Positions 8,746 through 15,080 of a stretch of DNA of 24,000 nucleotides are shown one piece after another (within the stretch, counting starts at the first letter, position 1; each line of letters opens with the position of its first letter). The DNA comes from Marinifilum sediminis. Lineage in GTDB: Bacteria > Bacteroidota > Bacteroidia > Bacteroidales > Marinifilaceae. The notes beneath the pieces were generated by a model. It worked only from the letters and a program-made list of their open reading frames with translations, was not told the origin of the DNA and did not search any database. The position numbers and the translations under genes were made by a program. The stretch covers positions 400,137-424,136 of the forward strand of contig CANMCX010000002.1 in NCBI GenBank assembly GCA_947496465.1, given 5' to 3'.

Positions 8746-8819
8746 GGACGCGTAGCATAACTGGATAGTGCACCACGTTACGGCCGTGGAGGTTGGGGGT
8801 TCGACTCCCTCCGTGTTCA
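8746..8819 (+). tRNA. tRNA-Arg (anticodon ACG), copy 1
   Basis: Hand-folded cloverleaf of 74 nt. Acceptor GGACGCG/CGTGTTC (two G-U pairs), D arm GCAT-AACTGGATA-GTGC, anticodon arm CCACG-TTACGGC-CGTGG (ACG at 8780-8782), variable loop AGGTT, T arm GGGGG-TTCGACT-CCCTC, discriminator A. CCA is not encoded. Confidence 0.93.
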
Positions 8820-8870
8820 CATTAAAAATCTTGCTTAGATTAAAGGGGCTTCCACCCTCTAAGTTAAGAG

Positions 8871-8907
8871 ATCGTCACCCTTCATCCGGTGACGATTTTT
8901 TATTTTT
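8871..8907 (+). terminator. intrinsic terminator after tRNA-Arg copy 1
   Basis: Perfect 9-bp stem ATCGTCACC (8871-8879) / GGTGACGAT (8888-8896) with an 8-nt loop, followed by TTTTTATTTTT. Confidence 0.8.
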
Positions 8908-8930
8908 ATTGGAAGAATCTTATAAGATAA

Positions 8931-9004
8931 GGACGCGTAGCATAACTGGATAGTGCACCTCGTTACGGCCGAGGAGGTTGGGGGTTCGACTCCCTCCGTG
9001 TTCA
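8931..9004 (+). tRNA. tRNA-Arg (anticodon ACG), copy 2
   Basis: Same cloverleaf as copy 1. The only differences are A to T at 8960 and T to A at 8972, which pair with each other in the anticodon stem (CCTCG...CGAGG). Confidence 0.93.
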
Positions 9005-9056
9005 CATTAAAGAGCTTGTTTAGACTATAGGGGCTTCCACCCTTCTAAGCTAAGAA

Positions 9057-9093
9057 ATCGTCACCCTTCATCCGGTGACGATTTTTTTGTTTA
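9057..9093 (+). terminator. intrinsic terminator after tRNA-Arg copy 2
   Basis: Identical 9-bp stem ATCGTCACC (9057-9065) / GGTGACGAT (9074-9082), followed by TTTTTTTGTTT. Confidence 0.8.
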
Positions 9094-9110
9094 TATGCTT
9101 TAATTAACAT

Positions 9111-9142
9111 TGAAAAAAAATACCACCCGAAAAATCAAGTGG
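9111..9142 (-). terminator. probable intrinsic terminator of the 217-aa gene
   Basis: The minus-strand RNA folds CCACTTG-ATTTTT-CGGGTGG (7 bp including two G-U pairs) and is followed by TATTTTTTTTCA. It lies 26 nt past the stop at 9168. The G-U pairs form only on the minus-strand transcript. Confidence 0.5.
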
Positions 9143-9167
9143 CATTTCAGAATAACTAGAATTCTAT

Positions 9168-9821
9168 TTATTTAACGATTACACCTAAAACTTCCAATTT
9201 TTGGCGCTCATTGCCTTCGTAAAATAAATCGAGACAGGCACGCAAATCGGAACAGTAGGCCATAAATTCGCCATAGTATTCTTGTTTCTTAGTGGTGGCT
9301 TGTTGAGCTTCACCATCTTCTTTCTCGGCATTCAGTTTTAATTCATCTACGGCAATCAAATCTCCTTGAAGAGCTGTTATTACCTCAGGAGTTAAAGCAA
9401 CCAATGTCAATTTTTCCTGAATTGCTTCATGAGTAATAATTGCATTTACAGTATCATCAGCCAATGCTTTCCACTCAGGATATGCAGTTGGAACTTCCCT
9501 GTTTAAACGCAGAAGAGTTGACAATTCAAGATCATTTTTAAAGAAATAACGACCCACCTTACGAATATGAATCAACTTATCGTGAATCGTGGTATAAGAA
9601 TCGTTAAATACACGAGTTGCCTCGCTCGATTCAATACGTTCGGTATTTTGAACCTCGAAAGCAATTTTGGTTTTGGTATAAAGGGTTTTTCCCAATTCGA
9701 TACGCTCTTCGGGATAGATAAGTGCTATCCGTTCTTTAATAGAGGCATCATTGGAAACTCCATAAACCAATAGTCTTCCTTTTTCGAGTTCTTTCAAATA
9801 ACTTTCTTTCATCTGTTTCAA
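9168..9821 (-). CDS. hypothetical protein, 217 aa, acidic and probably all-helical, no family recognised
   Basis: Clean ATG-initiated ORF, with only a short shadow ORF on the opposite strand. It has its own downstream terminator. There is no signal peptide, TM segment or catalytic motif that I can identify. Confidence 0.6.
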   Translation of the reverse strand: MKQMKESYLKELEKGRLLVYGVSNDASIKERIALIYPEERIELGKTLYTKTKIAFEVQNTERIESSEATRVFNDSYTTIHDKLIHIRKVGRYFFKNDLELSTLLRLNREVPTAYPEWKALADDTVNAIITHEAIQEKLTLVALTPEVITALQGDLIAVDELKLNAEKEDGEAQQATTKKQEYYGEFMAYCSDLRACLDLFYEGNERQKLEVLGVIVK

Positions 9822-10150
9822 TTTTTAAATGTAAGATTAGATGAAACTAAGCTTGATTCAATAATTCTTCACGAATGTGAATTAATAATTACTGAATCAT
9901 GGATGTTTCATAAGATTAAATTTTAATTGTTCTTTTTGAAATGTAAATTGTAGTAATTACTTCGTTTTAATAAGGAAAGCAAGAATAAGTAACTGCCGAA
10001 ATAGACCCTATATTGCTGCAATTGATAGAGATACAAAACAGAATACTTGCCCTACATATTAGAGGATGAATTGATTACAGTAATCAATTCTTAATTATCT
10101 ATAATAAAATTAGAAGAGTATTATGTGAAAGTCAACAAGTGTACTGTACT

Positions 10151-10480
10151 TTTTTTGTGATATTCATCACCTTTTTTAACAAAACACAGTCTGCCATTCA
10201 TTTTTTTGTGACTTTCTGTCATTTTTGAGCAATTCCCCCAGCTTTTTAGCGATTCCCCTCACTTTTCACTGACTTTCCGTCGCTTTGGAATGATTTTCCC
10301 ATACTTTGGGTGAGTTCCCCTCACTTAGGATGCATTTTATTACATTTGGGTTGTATTTTCCTTAGGCTTGGGGCTTCTCCCCTTACTTTGGAGGATTTTA
10401 TATTAGTGTGGCGATTCTGTATTTTGCTTAAGTGGGGTTTTGGATTGGTTTGAAGGGTTGAAATTAGGAATGATGAGACA
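10151..10480. repeat. array of about 12-15 degenerate direct repeats of about 21 bp (T-tract + short dyad GYGA-N5-7-TCAC with pyrimidine-rich centre)
   Basis: Units read on the plus strand begin at 10151, 10201, 10222, 10243, 10263, 10284, 10305, 10325, 10345, 10368, 10387 and 10407, with lengths of 19-23 bp. Examples are TTTTTAGCGATTCCCCTCAC, TTTGGGTGAGTTCCCCTCAC, TTTTTGAGCAATTCCCCCAGC and TTTTTTTGTGACTTTCTGTCA. No ORF of 60 aa or more lies on either strand. Confidence 0.65.
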
Positions 10481-10492
10481 TTAATAGACTTT

Positions 10493-10528
10493 GGAAAAAG
10501 AAAAGGCTGAGCTCTCGCTCAGCCTTTC
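10493..10528 (-). terminator. intrinsic terminator of the KAP NTPase gene
   Basis: Stem AAAGGCTGAGC (10502-10512) / GCTCAGCCTTT (10517-10527) with loop TCTC. On the minus strand it is followed by TTTTCTTTTT. It lies 13 nt past the stop codon at 10541-10543. Confidence 0.75.
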
Positions 10529-10540
10529 AGGAACTTATAG

Positions 10541-11989
10541 TTATATTAATTCATCCATTATTGAAAATCCTTGGATACATAGAGCGTATCTATTTACCTC
10601 TTTTCTAAACAAACTCAGTTCCTTTTTACCAATAATTACTTTCTGATCTTTAATTTCATATTTAAATTCCAAATTATCAACCATAATAGAATAATTACCA
10701 TCCATTCTCGAAAAATTATTTCTATAACCCAATACCTCTATCAACTCAACTAAATGAAATTCATCCAAACGACTAGCAAATCTTGTCTCCGCAAGGGATT
10801 TCATCATTTTTAGAGAATTAAACAACATTTCATTATTTCCATCATATAAAAAAAGTAACACTTTATAACTCCATCCAATCGATTTTTCTTCAATCCTGTA
10901 GTAGCAATCTGATTTTACCCTTAAAGACTCACTTAGTGAAATTGGAAAATTATAAAGTTTCAATAATTGTCGAATATTCAAAAGTCCATTTTGTAACAAA
11001 TCATATATTATAAGATCTATAAACTTAGTAAAATGCTCATTACAATTTGCGCAAAATGAATTCATAGCTATGAATTTCTGAGTCAGTTCTTTTAAATGAT
11101 TATGCCAATTATAAATATTGTTAAAATAAAATATTTCAACAGATCGAAACTTATCGATGTAGCCCTTAAAATCAACATTATTACCGAATTTATTAATGAA
11201 GATTTTTTCAATATTATAAAGATCACAGACCAATATTATTTTAGAGAACCCAAATTTATTATCCAACTCAATTGATTCAAATTGCTGTTGGTCGAAATGA
11301 GCTGAGAACACATTTAACAAACGAAAAATATGATTAGGGTCAACGCGATCTAAATCATCGATAATGAGAACTGTTTCTTTTTTCCCTTTATTTTCATCGT
11401 TCAGCTTATGAATTTCCTCTGAAATAAAATAAGATAATGAATCCATTTCGTAAATAGAGCCTTTGCACGATTGAAAATTCCTAGAATATTCCTCTAGTGT
11501 AGCGAACATTTCATTTTCTGGCTGCTTAAAAGACGAATTCAAATTAGAACAAAATTTTATTATACTCTCAAATGAACTTACAGCCTTACCCAGTTTGGGG
11601 ATCCCTTTAAGGATATCTAAAGCTAAGTTTGCACCATCATTCATTAAATAATACTGAGAGGCCAAAATTTTATCCTTCAAATTATATTCTGGAGTGGTAA
11701 AATCAATAGATGGGATTAATTCAGTTAGAATATCAAACTTTAATAGTTCGAATATATCCTTGTTATTGGCTACTTGATAATTTACAGGATAAAGGTGAAA
11801 TACTTGATATTTATCTTCTTTCCCCTTAAAGAATTCTTTCAAAAAAGTAGTCTTGCCTGTACCGAAGGGAGCTGAGAATAAAATCCTATTATTCTCTGGT
11901 ATATCAAGATGTTTATCAAATTGTTCTAAAGGTTTGGCTATTGGAACAATCAAATCATTTTTTTCTTTTTCTAATGTCTCTGAGGTCAT
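10541..11989 (-). CDS. KAP-family P-loop NTPase, soluble (no TM insert seen)
   Basis: Walker A in the KAP context RILFSAPFGTGKTTFLKEFF. Walker B as the KAP-typical ETVLIIDDLDRVDPNHIFRLLNVF. The later block YIDKFRSVEIFYF resembles the KAP motif that follows. Length is 482 aa, and the gene is visibly more AT-rich than its neighbours. Confidence 0.82.
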   Translation of the reverse strand: MTSETLEKEKNDLIVPIAKPLEQFDKHLDIPENNRILFSAPFGTGKTTFLKEFFKGKEDKYQVFHLYPVNYQVANNKDIFELLKFDILTELIPSIDFTTPEYNLKDKILASQYYLMNDGANLALDILKGIPKLGKAVSSFESIIKFCSNLNSSFKQPENEMFATLEEYSRNFQSCKGSIYEMDSLSYFISEEIHKLNDENKGKKETVLIIDDLDRVDPNHIFRLLNVFSAHFDQQQFESIELDNKFGFSKIILVCDLYNIEKIFINKFGNNVDFKGYIDKFRSVEIFYFNNIYNWHNHLKELTQKFIAMNSFCANCNEHFTKFIDLIIYDLLQNGLLNIRQLLKLYNFPISLSESLRVKSDCYYRIEEKSIGWSYKVLLFLYDGNNEMLFNSLKMMKSLAETRFASRLDEFHLVELIEVLGYRNNFSRMDGNYSIMVDNLEFKYEIKDQKVIIGKKELSLFRKEVNRYALCIQGFSIMDELI

Positions 11990-12116
11990 AAATTCAAGTT
12001 TAAATCAAATTTGAATTTATGAAAAACCAAGCAAGAACAAAAGATTTGAGATGTTAAATTAAAAATAGCAATTTGCTTCCTTATGTGAGATATTCATTCC
12101 AGAATGATACACTCCC

Positions 12117-12151
12117 AAAAACAACAAAAGCCCACTCCGTTTCCGAAGTGG
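12117..12151 (-). terminator. intrinsic terminator closing the glycan-utilisation operon
   Basis: The minus-strand RNA folds CCACTTCG-GAAA-CGGAGTGG (8 bp with one G-U, GAAA tetraloop) and is followed by GCTTTTGTTGTTTTTGGG. It lies 47 nt past the stop of the last gene (12198). Confidence 0.7.
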
Positions 12152-12197
12152 ACTTAAGCAAACCAAATGAAGGTAACCACTACCTATCACATTATTT

Positions 12198-13559
12198 TCA
12201 TAGAGAAGCTTCCGCCAATCTCCTTTTATCCAAATCGGTTTTCATTACTACACAAGTTTCATGATCGATGGTATAGAAATACAAGAGAATGGCACAAGAC
12301 ATGTATAAAATTCCTGGAATTACTGAAATCATCAACTTAATGCCTGTAATTGCGGTTTCTGTTTGTTCTACATTGGGTGCAAATTCGAAAATTGCCAATA
12401 ACCAACCTGCCAATGCTCCACCTATTCCCCAACCAGCTTTTTGTGCAAAAGTGGCTGCAGAAAATACCAATCCGGTTGATCTTCTTCCTGTTTTCCACTC
12501 CGAATAATCAGCTGTATCGGCAAGCATGGTCCATAGTAATGGAACGGCAGGTGCGTATGCCATTTTTGCCAAAATATTAAAGGCATATATCATTGCAGTA
12601 TTCTCTGCATTGGGAATGTATAGGCAGATGAAGAAAAATCCGGAAAGTAATGAACTAGCCAAAAACACATTACGTTTTCCGAATCGTTTTGCCAATGGTT
12701 TAGAAAAAGGAATCGCCACAATTAAAGCAATAGTTCCAATTACATTAAACAACTGAACATTTTCTTCATTTCCTATGTAATATTTAAAGTAGTAAGCAAT
12801 GGATAAATTTTGCATTGCAAACATGATAAACGAAATAATACCCACAAAAAACAGAATTACCCAGGGCTTGTTTTTAAATAGGTTTTTGAAATCTTCTTTT
12901 AAATTCTCCTTTTGTTTTTTGGGTGGTTGCACACGTTCTTTTGTGGTTTTAAAAGTAATCATGAACAAGGCAAAACTGATGATCGAAAATAGAATTAAAG
13001 TGTACTGATATCCTTTTGCATTGTCACCTCCACCAAAATACAAAGCCAAACTTAGAGCCGTTCCCGAGACAATAAACTGCCCAATAAAAGCAAATATAAA
13101 TCGGTATGAGTTTAAGCCTGCACGTTCATAAGAATCAGATGTCATAACGGCTCCTAAAGAGGAATATGGGAGGTTTATAGCTGTAAAAACAGACATCAAC
13201 AAGATGTATGTAACTCCTGCGTAGATCACCTTACCTGTCGCTCCTAAATCGGGTGTTGTAAAAGTAAGAACAGCCAGCACGCTATACGGTAAAGCCATCC
13301 ATAAAATATAAGGTCGAAACTTTCCCCATCGAGTTTTGGTACGGTCGGCAATAATACCCATAATTGGATCACTAATCATATCCCAAAAACGAGCAATTAA
13401 CATGATGGTTCCTGCTGCAGCTGCTGAAATTCCAAATGTATCGGTATAAAATATCAGAATCCAAAAGCCTACCATATCCCATACAAAATGAGAAGCTGTA
13501 TCTCCTAGACTGTAACCTACTTTTTCTTTTAAGGATAATTTTGACTCAATCTTACTCAT
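12198..13559 (-). CDS. GPH-family (glycoside-pentoside-hexuronide:cation) symporter, MelB/YicJ-like
   Basis: About 12 hydrophobic segments and the GPH loop signature ARFWDMISDPIMGIIADRTKTRWGKFRPYILW. Length is 453 aa. Confidence 0.88.
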   Translation of the reverse strand: MSKIESKLSLKEKVGYSLGDTASHFVWDMVGFWILIFYTDTFGISAAAAGTIMLIARFWDMISDPIMGIIADRTKTRWGKFRPYILWMALPYSVLAVLTFTTPDLGATGKVIYAGVTYILLMSVFTAINLPYSSLGAVMTSDSYERAGLNSYRFIFAFIGQFIVSGTALSLALYFGGGDNAKGYQYTLILFSIISFALFMITFKTTKERVQPPKKQKENLKEDFKNLFKNKPWVILFFVGIISFIMFAMQNLSIAYYFKYYIGNEENVQLFNVIGTIALIVAIPFSKPLAKRFGKRNVFLASSLLSGFFFICLYIPNAENTAMIYAFNILAKMAYAPAVPLLWTMLADTADYSEWKTGRRSTGLVFSAATFAQKAGWGIGGALAGWLLAIFEFAPNVEQTETAITGIKLMISVIPGILYMSCAILLYFYTIDHETCVVMKTDLDKRRLAEASL

Positions 13560-13608
13560 GTTCTATTTGTTATATTAAGGGTATACTTAATTTTGTTTTC
13601 TTGTGATA

Positions 13609-14400
13609 TTACTCAACTCCTCCTATGAAAGACAGGACTTTACTTGCCGCCAAACTTCCCTCTAGCATAGCTTTTTTCACATCTTTCGATGTAAACCATT
13701 CAATCATAAATGCTGCTTGATATGCATCACCACACCCAGTAGTATCAATAATTTTATCTACATGGATAGCTTCCTGACGAAAAATTGAATCTTTATAGAA
13801 TGCCACACTTCCCTCGCTTCCTATAGTAGCCACAATCATCTTACCTGATTTAAATGCCAACTTTTTCAAACTATCAAACCTATTTTCATTGGCACTTAAA
13901 AATACAATATCAATATGCTCAATTCGTTTTTCAATGAATTCAATGCTATGGTAATCCAGAAAATCAATTACCACAAGCTGGTTTTGGGTTCTTCTCTCCA
14001 CTAGCGAATCTAAATTAGGATCGCCTGCAGGCATTGCAATAATGTCCCTATTTTCCATATACAACCAATCTTCTTCAGACAAACGAAATTTATCAAAAGC
14101 ACCTCCATTCCAACTATTCTCCTTAAAATAACGATCTCCTTGCTCATTAATGTAAATTCGATTGGAAGCTGTGGGAACATTTAAGCGATACAATCTGGAT
14201 CGGTCAATATTATTTTTATCTAAATGTTGTTCGATAAGATCTCCATACCAATCTTCACCAACTGCACCCATTACCGATATATCAGTTATATTAGAAAGTT
14301 TGCATTGGGTTGCGAAATTCAGGGAATTTCCTCCAACATATACTTTTTCTAATTCCGGAAAAAAATCTACACAACAGGAACTTAGAGCTGTTATTTTCAT
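13609..14400 (-). CDS. PfkB-family carbohydrate kinase (short, FrlD/ketose-kinase-like branch)
   Basis: PfkB signature 2 DTTGCGDAYQAAF near the C-terminus. The N-terminus MKITALSSCCVDFFPELEKVYVGGNSLNFA closely parallels my recollection of E. coli FrlD ([31 protein letters not shown]). Length is 263 aa. Confidence 0.82.
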   Translation of the reverse strand: MKITALSSCCVDFFPELEKVYVGGNSLNFATQCKLSNITDISVMGAVGEDWYGDLIEQHLDKNNIDRSRLYRLNVPTASNRIYINEQGDRYFKENSWNGGAFDKFRLSEEDWLYMENRDIIAMPAGDPNLDSLVERRTQNQLVVIDFLDYHSIEFIEKRIEHIDIVFLSANENRFDSLKKLAFKSGKMIVATIGSEGSVAFYKDSIFRQEAIHVDKIIDTTGCGDAYQAAFMIEWFTSKDVKKAMLEGSLAASKVLSFIGGVE

Positions 14401-14490
14401 TTTCTTTAATTTAAGTGCTATAAATCCTTTCTATATAATTCTAATTGCGGTGTTGGATATTAATACTTAGTATTGAATACTTTTCTTTAA

Positions 14491-15039
14491 TTAATAACCT
14501 TCTCCATTTAAATCTATATCATTATCTCCTACAATACAGGTATTAGGATAAACCATAACGTAAGGATCCCTCCAAGGATTTTTATTTGTTCCAATAGTAC
14601 TTTTTCCATTAATAAATTTATTCTGGATTTGTTTGCAATCGAATCTCTCATAAAATCCCGGCACATTAGTTTGAAATATTGAACAAGAAAATTGTCCATT
14701 GTCTACATATCTGAATGCATTCTCCACCAGACTATATCCAATATCTTTACCTCGGTATTCTGGTTTAACACAAACTCCAGCCAAGGCCAATATTTCCTTT
14801 CTCTCAGAATCAACAATAATTTCCCGATTAAATATTTCGGTATGGCCAATCAACTCTTCTCCTTTAAAATACAAGAGAACCTTATTAAATGAACTTAAAT
14901 TCTTACGTGAATAATCCTGAATCATTTTTTCAGTATCAACGAAACCCACTTGTGGAGGCCAAATGGAGGTAAGTAATTCTAAAATTTTACGAATCTCAGA
15001 TAAGGATAATTCAAGTCTGTCTTTTATATGTATTTTCAT
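14491..15039 (-). CDS. GNAT-family N-acetyltransferase
   Basis: Acetyl-CoA motif A context LALAGVCVKPEYRGKDIGYSLVENAF. Length is 182 aa, with no signal peptide. Confidence 0.78.
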   Translation of the reverse strand: MKIHIKDRLELSLSEIRKILELLTSIWPPQVGFVDTEKMIQDYSRKNLSSFNKVLLYFKGEELIGHTEIFNREIIVDSERKEILALAGVCVKPEYRGKDIGYSLVENAFRYVDNGQFSCSIFQTNVPGFYERFDCKQIQNKFINGKSTIGTNKNPWRDPYVMVYPNTCIVGDNDIDLNGEGY

Positions 15040-15080
15040 CTCTTTAATTACTCCCCATTAACTTTTATAGAAATCTATTA

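Larger units (their letters stand above)
8732..9093 (+). repeat. tandem direct duplication (period 185 bp) of a leader + tRNA-Arg + structured trailer + terminator unit
   Basis: Unit 1 starts near 8732 and unit 2 near 8917. The leaders are related (TCTTAAAGAGATAT vs TCTTATAAGATAA). The tRNAs differ at only 2 positions. Trailers and terminator stems are near-identical, and similarity is lost after each T-run. Confidence 0.85.

Noticed and set aside
8768-8953. 61-aa plus-strand ORF (MHHVTAVEVGGSTPSVF...)
   Set aside because: It runs through the body of tRNA-Arg copy 1, its trailer and terminator, and into copy 2. It is an artefact of the GC-rich tRNA sequence.
10151-10480. CRISPR array, or a coding heptad repeat, as explanations for the periodic region
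   Set aside because: The period of 19-23 bp is too short for repeat-plus-spacer units, and there are no unique spacers or cas genes. The variable period breaks any reading frame, and no ORF of 60 aa or more exists on either strand. The longest ATG-initiated peptides I found by eye were 7-11 aa.
11999-12012. Shared 14-mer TTTAAATCAAATTT upstream of both the KAP gene (11999-12012) and the AraC gene (8494-8507), considered as a common operator
   Set aside because: On the coding strand it reads AAATTTGATTTAAA and includes the TTTG of the Bacteroidota -7 promoter box. It is TAAATTTG at AraC and CAAATTTG at KAP. The distances to the start codons differ (10 vs 19 nt). An all-A/T 14-mer in AT-rich promoter DNA is weak evidence for a specific shared site.
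8746-12200. Classical integrative element using tRNA-Arg as attB
   Set aside because: There is no integrase, recombinase or excisionase gene in the block. I could find no direct repeat of the tRNA 3' half downstream. The second tRNA is a complete gene with its own leader and trailer, so this is a tandem duplication rather than an att scar. Only the weak GGGGCTTC echo at 10370 remains, and it is reported as a low-confidence observation.
12073-12264. 63-aa plus-strand ORF between the KAP gene and the transporter
   Set aside because: It spans the operon terminator hairpin (12132-12151) and overlaps the 3' end of the transporter gene. It has no recognisable features.
12289-13008. Four plus-strand ORFs of 69-76 aa antisense to the GPH transporter gene, and similar antisense ORFs inside dapA, GH30, the second symporter and the GH17 genes
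   Set aside because: They are shadow ORFs opposite strongly supported long genes. Their translations are low-complexity or hydrophobic mirror images with no motifs.
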